NCBI GenBank assembly: GCA_951406725.2
Contig: OX597829.1
Coordinates: forward strand, 38,192,001 to 38,256,000
Source: Octopus vulgaris
Lineage: Eukaryota
Length of the DNA stretch: 64,000 bases
Direction: 5' to 3'
Positions 53,910 through 64,000 of this stretch are shown here, one piece after another. The translations under genes were made by a program, and so were the position numbers. The notes under the pieces are model-generated. The model was not told where the DNA came from, searched no databases, and saw nothing but the letters and a program-made list of their open reading frames with translations. Positions within the stretch are counted from its first letter, which is position 1. Each line of letters opens with the position of its first letter.

Positions 53910-54090
53910 TACATTCACAAACGCACATGCATATATGTAAACAGCTGGCTTCCACACAGTTTCCGTCTACCAAATCCACGCCTAAGGTATTGGTCGGCCG
54001 GAGGCTTTAGTGAACCTTGCCCAAGGTTCCACACAGTGGAATTGAACCTGAAACTTCGTCTTCGCAAAACAAGCTTCTTAACCACGCTGC
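53605..54090 (-). mobile_element. Old SINE family A copy
   Basis: GTTTCCGTCTACCAAATCCAC..CTTGCCCAAGG; internal (CA)n. Confidence 0.75.
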
Positions 54091-54549
54091 AATGCCTACT
54101 TCTACATACGGTATATGTACACAATAATTATTGCCAGCAACAAATGCATGGCTTGAGACAAACTGATTCGCTGTTCTGTGAAAAGTAGACTTGATTTACT
54201 GACATTAAACTCAGTGTTTAATTTCAAATAACTAATTGCTTATTCACATAGAAGCATTGTTTCATTTGGACAAACGTGATTTCCTTCGGGAATGAGAATC
54301 TATCACCGGAGTATTGTCAAATGACAGAGATGTAGGGTGGTGGTAAGGTTATCGATAATGGTTATTGGTAACAGAGTATCAGATCGACTTTGATTGCTTC
54401 TAGTGGATTGATTAGAAATGTTTTAAGCGAAGTATATCGATTTTTTCGACATCAAATTGAAGTCGATTACGTACACAGTCCATACAAAGACACATATACG
54501 AAAAGATTCACATACTCGCAAAATGCACACATACAATCATATATATATA

Positions 54550-54812
54550 TACTTTATTTAAAGCGCCAGAAAATTCAACAAAACCTGTTACTCTGAGTTT
54601 CCCGTTGCCGTTCATCGGACAGTTTTTGCTAGAATAGAACCGATATGTCGGTTCTATTCTAGCAAAAACTGTCCGATGAACGGCAACGGGAAACTCAGAG
54701 TAACAGGTTTTGTTGAATTTTCTGCTGCTTAAAATAAAGCATATTACTCTACCACTGGTATTTGAGTACTCTTTTTTCCACCTTGTTTCACATTTATGTG
54801 TTTACTCCGGTA
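54550..54812. repeat. Near-perfect 190-bp palindrome with a hammerhead variant on each arm plus unique 3' extension
   Basis: Centre ACCGATATGTCGGT; CTGT-CCGATGA-aCG-GCAA-CGg-GAAA-CTCAGAG-TA-ACAG at 54669-54706(+), mirrored on minus; (TA)n flanks. Confidence 0.92.
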
Positions 54813-55078
54813 TATATATATATATATATATGTATGTATATATATATATAAATATATAAGGCAGAAAATGCACACAGTTTACATGGTTTAATTGTACTGG
54901 CTTTAAGGGTATCGCGAAAAACCTGGTTTGAGGCCCAACCTTCTGAGTTATTTTACAAGGCTTAAAGAACTGAAGGATTGTGTGAATCTAAGAGTGGAAT
55001 ATGTTGGATAAAATCATAATTAACTGATCCTCCTGAATTCTCTCTTATCCAAAGCCAGGAACTTTTCAGCATTCTCGT

Positions 55079-55087
55079 GTATGTATG

Positions 55088-55119
<32 letters not shown>

Positions 55120-55205
55120 TGTATGTATGTATGTATGTATGTATGTATGTATGTATGTATGTATGTATGTATGCATGTATGTATGTATGTATGTACTTAT
55201 ATATG

Positions 55206-55239
<34 letters not shown>

Positions 55240-55251
55240 TGTATGTATGTA

Positions 55252-55285
<34 letters not shown>

Positions 55286-55600
55286 CATGCATGCATGTAT
55301 GTATGTATGTATGTATGTAATGTATGTATGTAATGTATGTATGTATGCATGTATGTATGTATGCATGTATGTATGTATGCATGTATGTATGTATGCATAT
55401 GTGCAGATTTCTATGTTTTGTTTTTGTATGTATTGTATGTATTTATATGTGCATGGTTGTATGTTTTGTGCAGATTTGTATGTATGTATGTATGTATGTA
55501 TGTAAGTATGTATGTAAGTAAGTATGTATGTATGTATGTATTTATGTATGTATGTATGCATGTATGTATGTATTTATGTATTTATGTATGTATGTATGCA
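55079..55600. repeat. (ATGT)n compound microsatellite
   Basis: Directly visible. Confidence 0.95.
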
Positions 55601-55781
55601 TTCTCATGCATATAGTTGCATGTATCGACATGTTCATGTATACATATTTTTAATCGACAGAATTTTTCAAAGTGGTTCAAGAGCTGAGAGTTTCGTACAC
55701 GGGATTCATCTCGAAACGAGCACGAAGCTGTCCATCCTTGAATCACTTTCTAACTTGTACAGATTAACAACAACAATATAT

Positions 55782-55889
<108 letters not shown>

Positions 55890-56225
55890 ACGAGCACCTA
55901 ATGCGTTGAGTTTTGGAGTGGTTAGAACGTCGGAAAGAAATACATTGCAGCACTCGTTCCGGCTTTTTTACGTTCAGTCGTCACATGTCTTTGGCGTCAG
56001 CTTCACTCTTCATCTCTCCACGGTCGATAAATAAAGTATCAAAACACTCACTGGAGTCTTATTCTTTCCCTCATCCTCTTCTCTATGACGGAATTGGTTC
56101 CTCTATTTACTCTCGATCCATTTCTCTGTTCATATGCACGTCATTTTCAAAATGGCATTAATATAAAGTAATGAACCTATGTACTTGTATTTATCTAATT
56201 TTGTTTCCTTCCTTCCTTTCTCCTC

Positions 56226-56301
<76 letters not shown>

Positions 56302-56305
56302 TCCT

Positions 56306-56356
<51 letters not shown>

Positions 56357-56480
56357 ATTCTATTCTATTCTATGAAGGGCGAAGGTCAGAAACATTTCCA
56401 TTTCTGTAATGTGTAAAATTATTAAAATGGAGAAAAAGACTGTTTACCACTTACCAAGCCGGGCAGCGTAAGAAAGTGTG

Positions 56481-56522
<42 letters not shown>

Positions 56523-56649
56523 ATGATATGAATGATACAAAAATACTATACATATGTGTGCGTGCTCAGAGTTTATGTGAACGGGTGTAAGTGTGAGTGT
56601 GTATTTATATTGGAATGTAAAAGTGGTTAAAACAAAAAGGCAGATAGTC

Positions 56650-57040
56650 TTTACTCATTTACTCTTTTACTTGTTTCAGTCATTTGACTGTGGCCATGCT
56701 GGAGAACCGCTTTTAGTCGAGCAGATCGACCCCAGGACTTATTCTTTGTAAGCCAAGTACTTATTCTATCGGTCACTTTTGTCGAACTGCTAAGTTACGG
56801 GGTCGTAAACACACCAGCATCGGTTGTCAAGCGATGTTAGGGGGACAAACAAACACACACACACACACACACATATATATACGACGGGCTTTTTTTCAGT
56901 TTCCATATCCACTCACAAGGCTTTGGTCGGCCCGAAGCTATAGTAGAAGACACTTGCCCAAGGTGCCACACAGAGGGACTGAACCCGGAACAATGCCGTT
57001 CGCAAGCAAGCTACTTATCACACAGCCATACCTATGCCTA
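56650..57040 (-). mobile_element. SINE family A
   Basis: Same head and tail. Confidence 0.9.
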
Positions 57041-57182
57041 AATTAAAGCATTTCTATATTTTGTTTCTGGAAGTGAAATTGTTGATTCCAGCAATTTAAC
57101 ATTTAGCATAAAATATATGATGCTGTCCTCAGTAAAAGGCAGAAAGAGAGAATCACAAGAACGATATACGGTATACTGTTTA

Positions 57183-57402
57183 GGCGGCGAGCTGGCAGAA
57201 ACGTTAGCACGCCGGGCGAAATCCGTAGCCGTATTTCGTCTGCCGTTACGTTCTGAGTTCAAATTCCGCCGAGGTCGACTTTACCTTTCATCATTTCGGG
57301 GTCAATAAATTAAGTTCCAGTTACGCACTGGGGTCGATATAATCGACTTAATCCGTCTGTTTGTCCTCTCTGTGTTTAGCCCCTTGTGGGTAGTAAAGAA
57401 AT
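57183..57402 (+). mobile_element. SINE family B with target-site duplication
   Basis: GGTATACTGTTTAG at both flanks. Confidence 0.92.
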
Positions 57403-57832
57403 AGGTATACTGTTTAGAGATCAGCAGAGCCGAAAAGAAGACCGGAAATTAATGATAGTTGCCAAAATAGCGAAAAATCATTTACAACCTATCTGTTCCT
57501 AAAATATTTTACACTAGTGCTCAAAATTCCCGAAATCAATCGTAAAATTTTTACTTAATATTACTTTACAGAAACAGACTGTTATAATAGAAATAATAAC
57601 TTCTTCGAAGGTATAATAAATATATTTTGGGGGATAAAGCATTTTAGGAGGGCTGAATGATATATAAATAAAGTTAGGTTTAGAGCGATAATATCTTGAA
57701 ATTTTAATGGCAATGCTGAGAAGCCACTCTAAACTATAAATGGGTTGTACATATTAAAATAAATACACATACAAATATTCATTATAATTTTCTCCGGACA
57801 CGAATTAGTGTTTCTTATACTAAGGCCCTATC

Positions 57833-58300
57833 AGGCGGCGAGCTAACAGAATCGTTAGCATGTCGGGCAAAATGCTTCCTGGCGTTTCGTCCGTCATTAC
57901 ATTTTGAGTTCAAATTCCACCGAGGTTGCCTTTGCCTTTCATCCTTTCGGATCGATAAATTAAGTACCTATTTCTTTACTACCCACAAGGGGCTAAACAC
58001 AGAGGGGACAAACAAGGACAGACAAACGGATTAAGTCGATTACATCGACTCCAGTGCGTAACTGGTGCTTAATTTATCGACTTCGAAAGGATGAAAGGCA
58101 AAGTCGACCTCGGAGGAATTTGAACTCAGAACGCAGCGGCGGACGAAATACCGCAAGGCATTTCGCCCGGCGTGCTGACGTTTCTGCCAGCTCGCCGCCT
58201 TTAATTTATCGGCTCGATAAATTAAGTACCATTTGAGTACTGGAGTCGTGGTAACCGGCTTAATTCTCTCTCGTAATTGCTAGTCTTGTGCCAAAATTTT
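57833..58300. mobile_element. Young SINE-B (57965-58200, minus) inserted in an older plus-strand SINE-B
   Basis: Older head at 57833 resumes at about 58215 (CGATAAATTAAGTACC duplicated). Confidence 0.8.
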
Positions 58301-59105
58301 AAATCAATATTAAAGCACTGCCATTAGCAGCACAGAATTTTTTTCTTTTGGAGGAAAATGTATAAAGATTAAGTTCTCTGTGGCATTTTAACAGCAGACT
58401 CTTTGTGGACCCTTACAGTCACTGAAGTTGCAACTAGTAGCTGCTCCTGAAAAATAGCCCACATCTTTTACAAAATCGTGAAATTGACTATTACAGTGAT
58501 TTTATTTATAGCATTAATGTCAAGCATCGTTGAGCAAGCTGCGATTCGCAAGACTTTCTGACTGGCTTGCCTAACAGAAAAATTACGGTGAATTGTTTTC
58601 AGTAGTGCAGCCCACGTGACGACACATCATGTCTCAAGCCACCTAATTCTCGGAAAAAGTTGCTCATGCCTGATCTAAAGCAAATTGTAAGCGATAACTC
58701 AAACAATACCAAATTATAACGTCTGTCAAAATTCGCGAGTTAATCTTGTAGCAACTACTGATTTTCATCTGATTATTGTACTCAATTCGACAAAATATAA
58801 TCCGATCGAATTTTTCTTGAAATATTCTGTGTCAAACCATGCATCATTTAACGCTTGTCACAACACATTATAAATATGTTTTGTAGCAGCAGTTGCTTCT
58901 ATTTCTTCAATTCACATTTTAAAAAAGTGTTACAAGCATGGATTTTCTTGAAATTAATCAAGTGAAGAAAAATGACCCAAGAGACAAGTCAATTTGAAGA
59001 AGGCATTTTAATTCACTGATAATTCTACAGATTCAGGCTTAGACATGGCCGTGTCGTTAAGTTGTTCCGTGTACACACACACACACACACACACAAACAC
59101 ACAAT

Positions 59106-59140
<35 letters not shown>

Positions 59141-59724
59141 AATCACACACACACACACACACACACATCATCGATAGCTAGTGAGACTGGTTCGTTCTAC
59201 GTGCCCACGAAACTTTAAGTCATCTGGAGCTGGGTCAAACTGTTATAAAAAAAAAAGGTACACGTAACTTCTACCAAATTTGTTGAGTGCCTTTTCCTTT
59301 CGTAGGATCAACAACAAAGTACTCCATCCACCGAGTTTCGTTTTCCTCTTCTTTTCTTGTCCTTTCTCGAGCAGCAATGTTTATTTTGAGCCTGAACGAT
59401 TGCAGAAAACAACACGGCACGCTATACAAGCTCGTCCGATTACTGCACTGAGCATTAAACTTATAGTAGCACGCATTTAAATCTATGTTTATTAAATGAT
59501 ATATGTATGACCGCAATTCAATGACTGAAACGAGTATAATATAAAGATTAAGACATTCGTAGCAGCAGTACAAAAAGCACCAACTACAGCAGTAACCGCA
59601 GCATCAGATTGAGATAGAGCTATTTCTATTCTTATTTTTGAAGCATGGAATTAACCCACACCACCCCTAAAGCAAAAACAGAAAACCAAATACGAACATT
59701 ATTAAAACGATATGAATGATCATG

Positions 59725-59780
59725 GGTGTGGGCATGGCTGTGTGGTAAGAAACTTGTTCTCCAGCTGGAAGAAGCCCGTC

Positions 59781-59870
<90 letters not shown>

Positions 59871-60133
59871 ATGTATGTATGTATGTATATATATATATAT
59901 ATATATTTGTGTGATTGGTGTGTCTGTGTTACTCTTTCCGCCATCGCTTGACAACCGATGCTGGCCGCTTATGTTCCCGTAACTTAGCACTTCGGCAAAA
60001 GAGACCGATAGAAACAGTACTAGGCTTAGAAGGAGTGAGTCCTCGGGTCGATTTCTTCGACTAATATCCTTTAAGGTGGTGCTCCAGCATGGCCGCAGTC
60101 AAATGATAGAAACAGGTAAAAGAATAAAAGAAT
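59725..60133 (+). mobile_element. SINE family A (deleted, expanded internal microsatellite)
   Basis: GGCTGTGTGGTAAG head; GCTCCAGCATGGCCGCAGTCAAATGA tail. Confidence 0.85.
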
Positions 60134-60171
60134 ATATATACACGCGCACACACACATGCATATATATATAT

Positions 60172-60539
60172 GTCTTATTGTTACGTCTTGTTTGTGTTCG
60201 TACTCATTTTGCCCCGCTGCTTGGAATTTTATTTTAATTCTCTCGCAGGAAGGCCTATTGGATTAGTGTTCTGTTATGCCTTCGAAACATGCCTGACTCC
60301 TCTAGCGACAGCTGATGACGGGGGTTTTGTCCTTGTGTAGCTCGTCCTGTATTTGTTTTTCGTTTTCTTGTTTTTCGTTTTCCGTTTTCTTGTTTTTTGT
60401 TTTTTGTTTTTTTCCGTTTCTACTTCTTATTGTGATGCCCTGTACTCCCGTATAATTATTTATATATGCATGTATATATACATGTAGATGTAGGTACGTA
60501 CATATATGTTTGTATGTATGCATATGTTTTTATTTATCT

Positions 60540-60542
<3 letters not shown>
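60172..60542 (+). mobile_element. Non-coding element with GAAA-first hammerhead-like core
   Basis: CCTTCGAAACATG..CAGCTGATGACGGGGG, T-rich tail, ACATGTAGATGTAGGTACGTAC, (TA)n. Confidence 0.7.
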
Positions 60543-60599
<57 letters not shown>

Positions 60600-60606
<7 letters not shown>

Positions 60607-60805
60607 ACCGACCAGACCATCAGATGTTGCTACACATTGCTGGTCACAATGCGTTCGCATTGTTTTAGCCTTTGAATGACGCCACCCCGCCGGAGCCTCG
60701 TGGAGCTTTTAGGTGTTTTCGCTCAATAAACACACACAACGCCCGGTCTGGGAATCGAAACCGCGATCCTCTGACCGCGAGTCCGCTGCCCTAACCACTG
60801 GGCAT
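60600..60805 (-). mobile_element. SINE family C (tail 1, internal deletion)
   Basis: Head GCCCAGTGGTTAGGGCAGCGGACTCGCGG..GTTTCGATTCCC. Confidence 0.88.
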
Positions 60806-61553
60806 ATATATATACACGCGCATGCACACACACACACACACACGCACATATATGTATGTATGCATGTATGTATGTATGTGTGTGCATACATACATACATA
60901 CATACATACATACATACATACATACATACATACATACATACATACATACATACATACATACATACATACATACATACATACATACATACATACATACATA
61001 CATTCATTCATACATACATACATACATACATACATACATACACACACACATACATACATACATACATACATTCATACATACATACATTCATACATACATA
61101 CATACATACATACATACATACATACATACATACATACATACATACATACATACATACATACATACATACTTTGTGTCTGTCAGTTTCCGCCAACCAAATC
61201 CACTCACTGAGCATTGTCGGCCCGGTGCTATAGTAGAGGACACTTGCCCAAAGTGCCGCACTATGGTATTCAATCTGAAACCTCGTGGCTGCAAGGTCAG
61301 CTTCTTAACTATATAACAATATATGTAGAACTTTCCTGATAGATGCTGAGTTTATAGGATGCTCATAGAAGACACTATCGAGTTAAGTGACACACTGTGT
61401 CGAGCACAGGTATACAAAATTAAGCTGTTGACTTCTCCATAGCCTGCAAAGACGCTTACCCGCTGCCCAGTTAAGATGACTTGGTTAAAATATGGTTTTA
61501 CAAAATATTTAGTAAATACCACTAAAAACAAGCATTTATATTTAGCCAATAAA

Positions 61554-61768
61554 ACTCTTTTACTCTTTTACTTGTTTCAGTCATTTGACTGTGGCCATGC
61601 TGGACCACTGCCTTTAGTCGAGCACATCGACTCCAGGACTTATTCTTTGTAAGCCTAGTACTTATTCTATCGGTCACTTTTGCCGAACCGCTAGGTTCCG
61701 GGACATAAACACACCAGCATCGGTTGTTAAGCGATGATGGAGGGATAAACACAGACACACAAACATAT

Positions 61769-61799
<31 letters not shown>

Positions 61800-61971
61800 C
61801 ATATGCATATACACGACGGGCTTCTTTTAGTATCCGTCTACCAAATCTACTCACAAGGCTTTGGTTGGCCCAAGGCTATAGTAGAAGACACTTGCCCAAG
61901 GTGCCACACAGTGGGACTGAACCCGGAACCATGTGGTTCGTAAGCAAGCTACTTACCACACAGCCACTCCT
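61554..61971 (-). mobile_element. SINE family A
   Basis: Same head and tail; a further fragment lies at 61180-61310. Confidence 0.9.
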
Positions 61972-62067
61972 ATAATATTATACGCCTATAATAAAACTAA
62001 ATATTTCTTCCACTATATGTACAAAACCTGAATTCTTTCTTTTTGTTTTGTTTTTTTTGGTGGGTGG

Positions 62068-62462
62068 TTAGTTGATTACCTCGACCTAGTGTTTAACTGG
62101 TGCTTATTTTATCGCCCCTAAATGGATGAAAGACAAAGTCGGTATTTGAACTCAGAAGGTAAAGCGAAAGCAAATGTTGCAAAGCAATTTTCCTGTCCTG
62201 CGTGCTAACGATTCTGCCAGCAAGTCGATCCAATAACACTAAAGATTGGTTTCAAATTTTGGTACAAGGCCAGCAATTTCGGGGAAGGGGATGAGTGTCG
62301 ATTACATCGACCCCGAATGTTCAATTGGTGCTTATTTTATCGACCTCAAATTGATGAAGGACAAAGTCGACTTCGGTAGTATTTGAACTTAGAACGTAAA
62401 AACTGACGAAATGTCACTAAGCATTTTGTCCGGCGTGCTTACAATTCTGTCAGCTCGCCACT
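62068..62462 (-). mobile_element. Two old SINE-B copies
   Basis: Diverged core and head twice. Confidence 0.72.
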
Positions 62463-63829
62463 TTAAATAGCACTAGATATTAACTAGTATTTAGTACTCT
62501 GACTTTCACTGCGCGTATCACTATATAGTGTTGAATTCTAATGTTAAAGTATTCACTGCTTTCGAGGTAACATCTCAAACACTTTTGGTTTAGTCTTGCA
62601 AATGATATTGCGTGATTCGGACGAGTTACAGAAATCGCATTTCAGAAAATTAGCCGGAATGCCTATTTAGGTAAAATTCTCAATATGTGATATTAACGAA
62701 GGAGAAACATAACAAAATTGATCTAAATTCTTAATTCTTGCTCTTAAATCTAATATAACTTTAAATAACGATGAATATAAATTTTTCAACTGAATCTACA
62801 ATATACGTTATCAAATTAGCCTTAATGAATTGTATGCTGAGACATCACGCATAAATCCACCAACAGAAATTTACATAATGATTCATAGCAATCCTTATCT
62901 TCTCTTAAGGTTATATTCATTATTATTTCCAATGTGCTCTTGGTTTACTGAATAAATAAGATCTCCAACAGTTCATACTCTCAGAGAAAGCTGTAACGCC
63001 AATCAATGCATTAAAACAGCCATTACGGAGTGTGTCGAGGTTAAAGTAAGCGAATGTATGTCAAAAATGATGCCTCTGAGACCACCATTTGCGTTAATTT
63101 TGATCGAAATATTTGGCCTGTGACATTTGTTCCCGATCATTTAATTCTACTGATAAAGTTCATAGCACCGTTGACGAAAAAGGATTATGTAATAGTTGGA
63201 GCTGTCAAAAATTTGCGCTGCTTTCATTTACGCAAACGATTTACTATAGTATTGATCAGAAGCCAGTAGCTTCTATGTCCGTTATGATATGACCGGCAAT
63301 AGGATCGTGAGTGTTATGTTAGTATAACATTAGTTTGAAAGTGTAAAAGTGTACCAATCCCTTCTGGGCGTCTTGCATTCGGAGAAGTAACACATCAAAC
63401 ACTTCTTGGGCTTTCCTCCAATAATAGCTTTTGGAATGAGCATGATAACCTGGCTTTCTCGACCGGAAAATGTCCCATCGAACAGTCACATCTGAAATAA
63501 GGACGTATTGCAGTACAAAAAATTTAACTATGGGTATCGAGCTTCCAAAATGCTCGCATTCATTTTCTTCATGAACCGTGAAGATACTATAAGCATTAAA
63601 TACTTAACTTTGAAGGCAGATAACCCGCAAGTAACTGAATGTATTGAGATCGCTTTGGCGTATCAGCTCTGACTTCTGGTAAAATATCTGCACAACAAAC
63701 GAACCAAACTAACGCGACTTCTACGAATTTGGGCCACAGCATTTTGGAAGCTCGATCCCCCGTAGATAAGGTTGAACTGAGATATTCTGAGATATTCCGA
63801 TAGTTAACCTATTTCATATTTTATTTTTT

Positions 63830-64000
63830 ATTTTGTTTCAGTCATTTGACTCCTGTCATGCTGGAGCACCAACTTGAAGAATTTTAGCCCCCAAAAGCGA
63901 CTCCGGGACTTTTTTAAAAACCCAGTACTTATTCTATTGGTCTCTTTTGCCGATCCGCTAAGTTACAGGGACGTAAACACACCAACACAAGTTGTTAAGC
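63830..64000 (-). mobile_element. SINE family A 3' part (runs off the window)
   Basis: GTTTCAGTCATTTGAC..CATGCTGGAGCACC..CGTAAACACACC. Confidence 0.85.

Overview
This is an AT-rich, microsatellite-saturated eukaryotic window, either intergenic or intronic. The repeat repertoire points to a cephalopod, most likely Octopus (inference). No host protein-coding gene can be supported, and nearly all listed ORFs are microsatellite translation artefacts. The recognisable content is transposon-derived: a decayed Ty3/Gypsy-like gag-pol with an intact -1 frameshift signal, a Gypsy integrase remnant, three copies of a Tx1/L1-clade LINE abutting (ATCT)n, RTE/BovB fragments, LINE 3' ends with C2H2 fingers, an R4/Dong-type endonuclease remnant, a Naiad-like Penelope RT/GIY-YIG fragment, several Tc1/mariner fossils, a non-autonomous Helitron and three tRNA-derived SINE families. 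The most striking unexplained layer is a set of small non-coding elements in (TA)n tracts carrying hammerhead-ribozyme motifs. These include minimal type I hammerheads, fold-back palindromes with a hammerhead on each arm (one with a U3:A8 compensatory core), and a family with a circularly permuted 'GAAA-first' hammerhead-like core. Coordinates were read by eye and are approximate to a few bases.
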